A program made the translations under genes and the position numbers. Below are positions 49,005-59,400 of a DNA stretch of 64,000 bases, piece by piece (within the stretch, counting starts at the first letter, position 1; every line of letters starts with the position of its first letter). Origin of the DNA: Oopsacas minuta. Lineage: Eukaryota > Animalia > Porifera. The notes beneath the pieces were generated by a model. The model was not told the DNA's origin. It made no database searches and saw only the letters and a list, made by a program, of their open reading frames with translations. Where the stretch lies: positions 140,887-204,886 of the forward strand of contig JAKMXF010000003.1 of assembly GCA_024704765.1 (NCBI GenBank), read 5' to 3'.

Positions 49005-50135
49005 ATGACATTTTCAGAAGAAGAATATCTCCAAATAATTGATAACTGGATACAATGTGAAGATAAGATAGTTACATTCACACATTTAGCTCTAGAACTC
49101 GGTGTTACATGTAATCATGCTAAATCAATGCTATACAGTTATGTACAAAAAGCAAGATCAATTCCTTCCCATCCTGTCTTCCCTGTATACCTAATCAGTG
49201 GGTATATCTCCCCAAAAGAGTTATTAGTTAAAATAGTCCCAGAAAAACAGTTAGAATCGGCGAAATCAAAATTCATTCAAATACTCTCAGTTCAAATCTA
49301 TAGCATATGTAAATACATAATTACTAGTCCTAGATCCATACAGAAGGCTCTGAAAATAATAACACAGGATCGAACTAGTACGACTAAATTATCACTTATC
49401 AAAAATTCTCTTGTTGGAAGGAGAACTCTTAAATTCAAATCTTTTACCAAAGATACGCCTGTTCTTAAACCGAAAATCGAGCAAACAATTGTTAAAACAG
49501 ATACACCTAAAAACGAAATAAAAATTAATACAGCTGTCCCAAAAGTTGTAAAACACCCGCCGAAAAAAGCTACAACTGCGAAACCCAAAACGATAAATAC
49601 ATTACAATTTTCGGCAAAACCAATAGTTAATAAGAACGCTATCACCCTGGATGAAGATGTCAAAAAGTTGGAAATTAACAGTCAAACCCCTACGATAAAT
49701 TCCGAATCCGATACCGATTCCACAGATAGTGAACTCGAATTAAAAACCAGAGGTTATTTCCCTCAATCCCTCCCTTCGGAGGTCGTACAGTCTCATACAG
49801 AGAGGCCAAAGGTCACTGGCTTCCTTGAAGATGACAGTGACTATGAGATACCTCCTGATGATGTAATTGAAGACCCCCAACCTGTCCAAAAAGAATTAAT
49901 GGTTGACCAAGTTCCAAAAATACGAATCAATCCACAAACAGGGAAAAAACGCAAACGAGTTCAACGTATTGTTAGTGAGCATTCTGAGGACGCGAGGGGG
50001 TATTTGGTAACTAAGAAAAAATATGTAATGGTATCAACAGATGAAAGTGAATCTGAAGAAAATATCCAAACAACAATACAAACAAAAACAACATACACTA
50101 AACAATCAAGTCTAAATTGTTTCTTTAAAAAGTAA
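49005..50135 (+). CDS. POLD3: DNA polymerase delta subunit 3 (Cdc27/p66)
   Basis: KIVTFTHLALELGVTCNHAKSMLYSY; KRKRVQRIV..DARGYLVTKK; C-terminal PIP box KQSSLNCFF. Confidence 0.9.
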   Translation: MTFSEEEYLQIIDNWIQCEDKIVTFTHLALELGVTCNHAKSMLYSYVQKARSIPSHPVFPVYLISGYISPKELLVKIVPEKQLESAKSKFIQILSVQIYSICKYIITSPRSIQKALKIITQDRTSTTKLSLIKNSLVGRRTLKFKSFTKDTPVLKPKIEQTIVKTDTPKNEIKINTAVPKVVKHPPKKATTAKPKTINTLQFSAKPIVNKNAITLDEDVKKLEINSQTPTINSESDTDSTDSELELKTRGYFPQSLPSEVVQSHTERPKVTGFLEDDSDYEIPPDDVIEDPQPVQKELMVDQVPKIRINPQTGKKRKRVQRIVSEHSEDARGYLVTKKKYVMVSTDESESEENIQTTIQTKTTYTKQSSLNCFFKK

Positions 50136-50474
50136 ATGTATGGAAATTGAAATTATTAGTTATTTTAGCATCACTTCTATTGCTCTCATTTTGTGCTTTA
50201 ATTTGAATTAGGTTGTCTTATTTGTTGTGATTTATCTTCATTCATTCAATATTATTTATTTCATGGATTGTTTTCTGAAGCACAGTGCAACCTCCATGAA
50301 CAGGGCCTGTGGAAACGGGGAACTTTGTATCTTATGATGAAGGATACATTAACATGTTCTCTGTATTTGATGTAATTTTCGCTACGTTTTAATTGCAGTA
50401 TTACAATTGTTGATAATATTGTTAGTATAAATGAATAAATTTATAGAAGCTAGAATTAAGTGTATATATAGGAA

Positions 50475-51078
50475 ATGGCTGTTTCTTACAGAACTGCTAC
50501 ATCATTGCGAGAAACTCAACTCCGTCAGAATGACGAACTGACAGATGACATAAGAAGAAGTGTAGCTTACCTTAAAGATGTAAGTGTATTATGTTTAGGC
50601 CCTTTTAATGAGAAACTTATTTCAGCTCCAGTGCCTTCCACATCATGTCCATCTAAGCATGCTGGCGGCGCTATTTCGTTATGATTATCTCATTATTTTA
50701 TGACGTGTCCATCTATCTAGATATCAGTAGACATGAGAGATGACATAAGGGAATCAAACGAACTACTCCACGAGATAGTAAGTTATTCTACCTACTGGTA
50801 TAGCATTTCCAACTGTCTCGTATTTTATCGCATTTATAGACAGAAGTTCAGTGACATATATCGCTCAAACTTGCCCAAAGCTGTATGCTTTATTAACTAT
50901 TATATATTTCCATGTTTAGCACACAAAAGCTGATCCAGTGCAAGACTATCTCACTGCAAATATGCAATTATTGAGACGTATAAGTCATAGTTCAAATAAA
51001 GGTCACTTCATGTGCTATTTGCTGTTATTTATTATTGTTATTAGTTTTATTCTTTACATTGTATCCTGGTTTAAATAA
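50475..51078 (+). CDS. BET1: BET1-like Golgi Qc-SNARE, 3 exons
   Basis: QNDELTDDIRRSVAYLKD|ISVDMRDDIRESNELLHEI|..LRRISHSSNKGHFMCYLLLFIIVISFILYIVSWFK* (tail anchor). Confidence 0.8.
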
Positions 51079-51477
51079 TACAGATTCATAAATTTAAGAA
51101 ATTTGCTATGAATTGACCTGAGGGACCCACAGTATCCAAGTTTATTATGGTTAGTGGTTGTAACTTCAACTTTTACACAACTCTCTTATGAAATGAGCTG
51201 AGGCATGAATTTAATGTCTAAGAATTTACAGTATGATCAGCTTCATAGGGCCACTTCGCCTATTAGCAATTCGCTTGTATTTAGCAATTTGTCTATTGTG
51301 GCAATGTTCGGTTGATTTTCAGGTACTTAGAGTCCATTTTGTATTGGAAATACTTCCTCTAATAGCGAATTCTCGTATTAGAAAGGGAAACTACATACAA
51401 TAGGTGACATTATTATAAGACAGAGAAGGAATTTTCGTAGTCCAATTTCCCTAATTTCCACATTTACTACTTAGTTA

Positions 51478-53869
51478 ATGGAGTTCCAAGCTAGAGTAGA
51501 AGAATGGCTGCGCTATGACCGTAACAAAGTCACACGTAAGGAAGTAACAGAGATATGGGAGGAAGGGAACTCTGTTGAGCTAAGGAACAGGTTCGGGAAA
51601 CGTATGTCATTTGGAACAGCTGGTCTCCGAGCGACCATGGGAGCTGGATATACTCGGATAAATGATTTGACGGTTATACAAACAACCCAAGGACTAGCTG
51701 TATATCTAATAGAGACCTTTGGTAAGAAAGAAGTCGTTGAAAGAGGGGTTGTAGTGGGATTTGATACTCGACACAATAGCGAGAGATTTGCACAGCTCGT
51801 TGCTGCTGTCCTAATTGGGAAAGATATTCCTGTTAGTCTATTCTCTCATTATGTGCCTACTCCATATACTGCTTATGCTGTGAAGAAGTTGAAAGCTATT
51901 GCTGGGGTTATGATAACAGCTTCACATAATCCTAAGGAGGATAATGGATATAAAGTGAGTTGTATAGAAGTTTATGTACAAAAATGTAATTCTAACATTT
52001 TATTGCCTTGTGAGTGTGTAATTTTTATCTTTCCTTCAATAGCTCAGTTGGTAGAGCGGAGGACTGTAGTGGTAAAATCCTTAGTAATCCTTAGGTCCCT
52101 GGTTCGAATCCGGGTTGAAGGAAGTATCTTTTTAGCTTTTTGCAAGTTAAAATACTGAAATGTGTCAGGTTATGTATACCACGCAGGTGACGTAATTTCG
52201 ACCTAGACATTGGCTTGTAAATACGCAAGTATTGAAATACCGAAAAGCACCTAAATTTTTTTTCAGGATAGATATGATGATCTTAAAATAGCTCTCTTAT
52301 TTTGTACACATCATGAATTCTTGAGAAGTTTATGTGCAAAAAATGTAATTCTAACATTTATTGTCTTACGAGTGTATTATTTTTATCTTTCCTTCAATAG
52401 CTCAGTTGGTAGAGCGGAGGACTGTAGTGGTCGAAACCTTAGTAATCCTTAGGTCCCTGGTTCGAATCCGGGTTGAAGGAAGTAACTTTTTGTCCTTCTA
52501 CAATACAAACCATTTTGGACCATGGATAAATGTCCAAGCTCTCTATTTCATGACTTCAGTTTACTTCTAGTTATACTGGTGTAATGCAGCACAGATCCTC
52601 TCGCCACATGACAAGGCTATCTCTGAAGCAATAGTAGCTAACCTGGAGCCCTGGTCTTGGTCATGGGACACCTCAAGTATCCCTACCTCCCCTCTTATAT
52701 CAGATCCTTATGCAGATATATCACGAGCATACAACACTGAGCTGGCATCAATTGGGTCACATTTCATAACTAATAGGAGTATCCCTCCTGAAGTAGTGTA
52801 TACTCCTATGCATGGAGTAGGAACACTGTTTGTTCAGTTGGCCATGACCGCTATGTCTTTGCCGTTATTCACGCTAGTTCCAGAGCAGTCCGAGCCTGAT
52901 CCTGACTTCCCTACTGTCAACTTCCCGAACCCTGAGGAAGGTAAAGCAGCTTTAGACATCGCGACAAAAACCGCGGATGAGAAAGGTATCCCTCTGATCC
53001 TCGCGAATGATCCTGACGCAGACAGACTAGCTGTCGCGGAGAAAGAACCTGGAGAAGCCTGGCACGTATTTTCTGGCAACGATCTCGGTGCATTATTCGC
53101 ATGGTGGGCACTCAAGAACTACAGACACAATAACAAAACTGACCTATCAAATGTATACATGGTCTCTACTGCAGTATCTTCACAGATAATACGCTCGATG
53201 GCATTGAAGGAAGGATTCAAATTTGAAGAAACTTTAACCGGTTTCAAATGGATGGGTAATAAATACCTCGAGCTTACAGCAGCAGGAAATGACGTCATAT
53301 TCGTGTACGAAGAAGCAATAGGATTTATGTATGGTGGAATTGTATATGATAAAGATGGGATAAGTGCTAGTGTTGTAATTCGCGAGATGGCGGCATGGCT
53401 GTATGAGAAAGAATCAACACTATCTCAACAGTTACAAGAAATATACGATACGTACGGATACCATTTGAGTAGGACGTCTTACTTCTTATGCTATCAACCT
53501 GAGACTATCATTAAAATATTCACACGACTCAGAAAGGACGGCGAATACCCCAAAACTTGTGGTTCGTATAAAGTGTTAAATGTTCGTGACGTCACAGTTG
53601 GATATGACAGCTCTAGAGGTGACAAAAAATGTATTCACCCTTTGACTCCAAAATCGGAAATGATAACGTTTTACCTTGAAAATAATTGTACAATAACTCT
53701 ACGTACAAGCGGGACTGAGCCTAAAATCAAGTATTACGGGGAAATAATCAAGGAACCAGGGATAGGAACGAAAGACAAACTGATTGAGATTCTATTAGAA
53801 ACGCTGAATTTTTGTACTGAAGATTTCCTTCAACCGAAAGCTAATAACCTCATCCACCAAGAGAAATAG
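51478..53869 (+). CDS. PGM2: Phosphoglucomutase-2 / phosphopentomutase; exons 51478-51954 and 52571-53869
   Basis: MSFGTAGLRA; MITASHNPKEDNGYK|LYW; ANDPDADR; EEAIGFM; LRTSGTEPKIKYY. Confidence 0.95.
52033..52122 (+). tRNA. tRNA-Tyr(GTA) with 17-nt intron (52070-52086), inside the PGM2 intron
   Basis: CCTTCAATAGCTCAGTTGGTAGAGCGGAGGACTGTAG-[intron]-ATCCTTAGGTCCCTGGTTCGAATCCGGGTTGAAGGA; downstream T-run. Confidence 0.95.
52391..52480 (+). tRNA. tRNA-Tyr(GTA) second copy with 17-nt intron (52428-52444)
   Basis: Mature sequence identical to the first copy; intron differs (tggtcgaaaccttagta versus tggtaaaatccttagta). Confidence 0.95.
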
Positions 53870-54552
53870 TAATTACACTCTGCAGTATATAAGTAGGCCC
53901 AGATTTCACTTGCATTTCCCCTCAAATTGTGCTTGAAGCGTTATTATTTACGAATACTCGATAATTTGTGCTTCACGTTTACTTCTGAATACATTTCCGT
54001 ATGTTTGTAGTTACTTGTGTATTTGAGTCGCTTAGATTATACGTATACACTAATACACTATACAGTGTTTCTTCCCTAAAGGGGAGTCAAGGACTGAGAA
54101 AATGCTACGTCATTTCCCTGTTTCTGCCAAATTCCTGGTTTGTGGAGGTCATTTGTATGCGACTAGTAATTAACTCCGTTTTTGGATTTTTGATTGTGCG
54201 TATATTCCAAACTGCGTAATTGAGACGTGTTTAAGATTTGTGCCCCGGGTCTGCCAGAGCCTCTGACAACCACTGCTATAGTAGATTCTAATAAATAAAC
54301 CATTTTTGCCCTGCGTTTAAAATACTGGCCTTAGGTATGTCAGATTCTGAGACCACCCTGATACATTTCTCGTATAATAATAAATTCAGTTTTAAAATAG
54401 TAAAAAACATAATTTCTATTCTTTACTTTATACTTCTGACCAATGACTATATTCCAATTGTATAATACAATAATACTAAAGAATTCTCTTTTCACAGATT
54501 CGTTATAAGAATCATTCAAATGTGAATATTATAGTAAATTTACTTATAGAGA

Positions 54553-56049
54553 ATGTCAATTCTAGAAACTATCACTTGTTTCATATGTTTAATCCTGCTA
54601 TGTGAATCTCAGTTCGTATCTCCATCTTCGAAACAACAACAGATACAATTCACGCCAAAAGAATTCAATTCTTGTTTCAGTCAGCTATCAGGTCCAGTAG
54701 AGGAATTATGTCCCAGTATAGAGCTCCTGCATGCATTCAATATAGAATCATTTTACGGTGTTATAACTGAGTTAGTAAAGAGACCTTATTTCCGATATTA
54801 TCAGGTTAGATATTGTTACTTGTTACAGTACAATTACTCACGTTATATGGAAGCCTTAAATTATACAAATATGGCCTCAAATCGTCAAAGTGACATATAT
54901 CACATCGGTTTTATCGAAGTTATTACAACTTACATTTTTGTCTGCTAGACCAACTTGACGAGATCCTGCAGATTCTGGACTCCCTCAGAACAATGCACTA
55001 TGCCTGACTGTCAGCTGGAATGTTGTGAGGATACAGAAGTCCCTGCATACCAAATACACTCACTCTGTAGTCAGGATATGCCTATATACAACCTAGGCGC
55101 TATAAACCAGACGATAACTCCCGCCAAAGCAGAGGAGATATCTCAATGGGATCTCCTATCAGCTGATATATGTTTTGAGGATCAAATAGGACTACTAGAG
55201 GACCAACTCAGCTCCTTCTACGACTTACAATCTAACCGTGAGCAATACACAGCATACACAGGGCCTGATGCACATAGAGTATGGAAAAGCATTTATAAAG
55301 AGAACTGTTTTCTACCTCCTGGCATGAATACATCATACAAACTTAACAGAATATTTACTGAGAGCTCTCTGGCTGAGTTGTGTATTGAGAAACGCGCTTT
55401 TTATCGTTTAATATCCGGGCTACATGCTAGCATAAGCTTACATCTCTGTGAATATTATAAATATTCTTGCGGTGCAGTTTATGGCAAAGATGAATGGAGA
55501 GTGAATGTAAACGAATTTTATCACAGATTCAATCCTAGTTCTACTGACCAACAAGGGCCTATTTGGCTTAAGAATATATATTTTACTTTTTTGGTTGAGT
55601 TATACGCTCTGTCTCAAGCTGAATCTGACTTAAAGGAAGCTGTGTTTTACACTGGAAATACTGTAGATGATATTGATATACAGAATAAAGTTTCAAAGAT
55701 ATTGGCTTTATTGAAGACTGTTGATTTATCTTTTGACCAAAAACGATTATTTTTCGCGGAGATAGAGCATGTAACGAGTATCAGAGATGCTTTCGCGAAT
55801 ATCACACGAATAATAGATTGTGTAACTTGTCAGAGATGTAGATTATGGGGGAAACTACAAACCAGGGCGATAGCCACCTCTCTCAAGATTTTATTTAGTT
55901 CGCATTTGAGTAGTAACGGAAATTCTCATATTAGAGGGGGTTTACTTAGCAATCTAGCAAGAGGAGAGATTGTAGCGTTATTCAATGGGATAGCACAATT
56001 GTCAAAGAGTATATACTTTATTGAATCTCATAGACATTTGTATAATTGA
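54553..56049 (+). CDS. ERO1: ER oxidoreductin 1, 2 exons
   Basis: Signal peptide; FRYYQ|TNLTRSCRFW..QC..PDC; NREQYTAYTG; CIEKRAFYRLISGLHASI; NITRIIDCVTCQRCRLWGKLQ. Confidence 0.95.
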
Positions 56050-56431
56050 TATTATCTCTATACGTATATTATTGTATATGTATAGTACAATGGGAGTGTG
56101 GAGGTCTCACAAATGGGCCTGTGGGAACGGTAGAACTTCTGGAAATGGAGTGAAAATAATCCAATTCCTAGTCCCATACAAATAAACCGTCATAAACAGG
56201 CTAGCATTTTCGGTGTTCCTTGCTCCTGTTGTGGAGATTACGCTATATTTCTTATATATTATAGACTGCTTAAGAATTGCATTGTAAGCGCTTTCCAAGC
56301 AAAATATATATTAAAATCAATAATGCATAATTTCGGTTAATCAACACAAATTCTTGAGTACAAATTCTATGTATTCGTATAACAATAACTCTTGTCTATC
56401 GAGATTAGTTACATTATAACGGTTATAAGAA

Positions 56432-59400
56432 ATGGCTGAGAGAATTACGTCATCATTAGAAGAAACAATACATGAGGGGTTAGGATCTGGTAGCGAGGAA
56501 TTGGATCATAATTACTCCTCCTCATCTTTCTACCTACTCGGTATTGTTAATCAGAGTCAGAACGCTAGCTTTGGGGTAGAAGAAGCAATGTTCCGACCGG
56601 ATAGTCCTCATTTCAGAGAAGTGTTGGACCAGGTGTACCAGAAGTGTTTAGATATGGATAACCAAGAGGGGAGGGAGGGACCTACAGTATGGCAGGTTGT
56701 CGATACTGTACGTGGGTTCATGTTCCAGACAGACGAGGGAGGAGTAGGCAATGAAAGTGAAGTATTGTTGAACTCTCTATCTGTTGAGTTAGAGCTACAG
56801 GTATTATTATTGTATGTGTTTACCTTAATAACCAAATTAGCAGTATGAATGTTGTACAGTGAATACCGGTTATAAGAACATCCTTGGGGATAGCAAGGAA
56901 TATATGAGAACTGTTTTTCCAGAGGATGGTGTACTACTTTATGTGTATACTTCTCAACCAAATAAGTAGAATGGAATGTCTCCATTATTGGTATTTGTAT
57001 TTCATAGAAATCCCCCGGAGACTTCCTGACCAGAGAGAGTTTCAACATAGCTATGGAGAGCTGGATACACTCAGTCAGTCAACAGAATAGGAATTTTGGG
57101 GGAGCTGGTTCGTCCTCTTCTGGGGACAAATCGGACCTCTACTCCAATCCCATGGGACACACACACTCTCTAACAGGGTCGTATAGTCTAGAGGGTACAG
57201 GGGGGGTTAGCTCAGAGAGGGAGTCTGAGCATATGTCTGAGAGAGTAGAACAGCTGATGATATACTCAGAACAGCTGGAGACTGAGAATACTCTACTCAA
57301 GGAGCAGGTAACTTACACATATACATAGCTGTACTATTATACTTCATGGTTTTATGAATACAGTCAACTCCCATCATAACTATCCTCAAGGGACCGCGAT
57401 AATACTTCGGTATAAGTGGAGTTAACTGTACTTATATAATGACGTCATATAGCTACTTGAGAATGAAGAAACTATATCAGAGCTTACAGATATGAAGAAT
57501 CGTTTAGAGAAACACCTAACTGATCTAAGAACAGCTCTTCATAACAACCAATCCATTACACTTGAGAACTCAGCTCTGAAACAAGAACTATCAAAACTAG
57601 ATTCAAGTTTATCTCAGATTAAACAGAAGCTATTCCAGGAAACAAAACACAGACAAACACTAGAATCAGAGCTGGAGCAGTGTAATAGAATACAAGGTAA
57701 TACTAATTCTGTTGTTAATGGGGAAACATATTTAATGGAGTCTTATGGAGAGATTGTACAGCAAGATCCTGCCAATGGAATGGTGAGTAATTATTGAAAG
57801 TATATTTATTGCAGTTATAATTACCAAACCTAACGAGCAAGGAACTTTTCCATTTTTGCTATTCTCCTGGATATTTCGGGTGTAATAGTGGGGGAAACGT
57901 GAAATCCGGGAAATTTGTAAAAGGTGTTGGTAATTATCTGCATTCCTGTTGTCATGAGCGTTACCAGGTATGATTTCTTTCGAACGAAACATTTCAACCT
58001 TGAAAATAATCGTTTTAGTTGCTTATTTTACATTTAAAGACAACAAACACATACACGAATATGACAACATGTAAATATTCTCAAAATTTGTTATAATTGT
58101 ATACTTCTTAAATATACACAACCATCTTCCTCTCTAATCAATACCATTACCATATTCCCTACTACAGACTTCTCCATATAATTTAAATAGTCCGTATCCT
58201 CATCTACCAATTTCTTTACAATCCTAAACTCAATCTCATCCACTACCAACAGTCCTTTTGTCGTGTCTAGAAACAATAGGTTACCTTCGGAATCCATACA
58301 CATTCTCCTTTTATTCAAAAATTTCTTATATCCAAGTGGATACCTCTTTATGCTCGGGCCCTCGTTAATTACACTAATCGAGTAAGTCTCAGTAGAAAAC
58401 ACTATGTACTCGTCAGATTTAATTATGACGTCACTTGGAAATGAAACTTTTACGATCGTGACTAAGTACAACTCATCTGTAAATATTAATATCCTAGAAT
58501 TCCCGTTATCACATAGATACAGTAGATTCCTGTTATCTGTAGATATTTCTCTGGGATTACTGAGGTTATATTTTCCATTGTATTTACCCAACAGTTTACC
58601 GTCTGTATTACACATAGAGATATCGTTTTGAAACGTATCAACAACGTATAGGCGATTATTTAGATATTTGATACACCATGGAAATCGATTCTCATCCTTT
58701 GTAACAATAATTCGCTGTAAGCCTGTTGTTAATTCTATCTTTGCTATATATCGAGCTGTGTGATCAGCTAGATAAACTGTTTTACCGTCATCTTCAAATG
58801 TTAAACTACCTGAATTGTCAACTTGTATTGATTTGTCTATCAGCACTTTATCGTCTATAGGTTTGGATTTTCTTATACTTTGATAATTCCCCATTCCTAA
58901 CCATTTCCTATGTAATTATATTAGTATTGTGCATCCATTCATATTGATCCTCTATGGTTACATTATAATCCAATACAATTGTACAGCCTAATAATGAAAA
59001 AAACAGTGGATGCCATGCAGGTTATTAGAACACCCATGGGTGTAGCAATACATGTTCTTATCACGGTATAAATAGACAGAAATATGTGAGAACCATTTTT
59101 CAGTGGATGGTACTTATAACCAGCATCCGCTGTATATATATTTACGAGTCTTGATTCTATTGTTATTATAGGAAGAGATACAAGACAAGCTTGATATAGC
59201 TACAAGTGAACTAAGCCACCTATGTGAGGAAAATGAACATCTTCATCAGAGAATACTATTCTTAACAGACAAGAACGAAGACCTCTGCCAACAAATTGGT
59301 GATCTAGAACAAGAACTCGGACAGAAATCCCTAACCACCCCCACAAGCAAACACAATTCTAGTCCTCCAATTTATCACACCCCCTCGTTAGAACAAGAAC

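Noticed and set aside
7807-57428. MITEs acting as introners (intron-creating elements)
   Set aside because: Where I checked, element ends do not coincide with splice sites; tens of bp of flank separate them.
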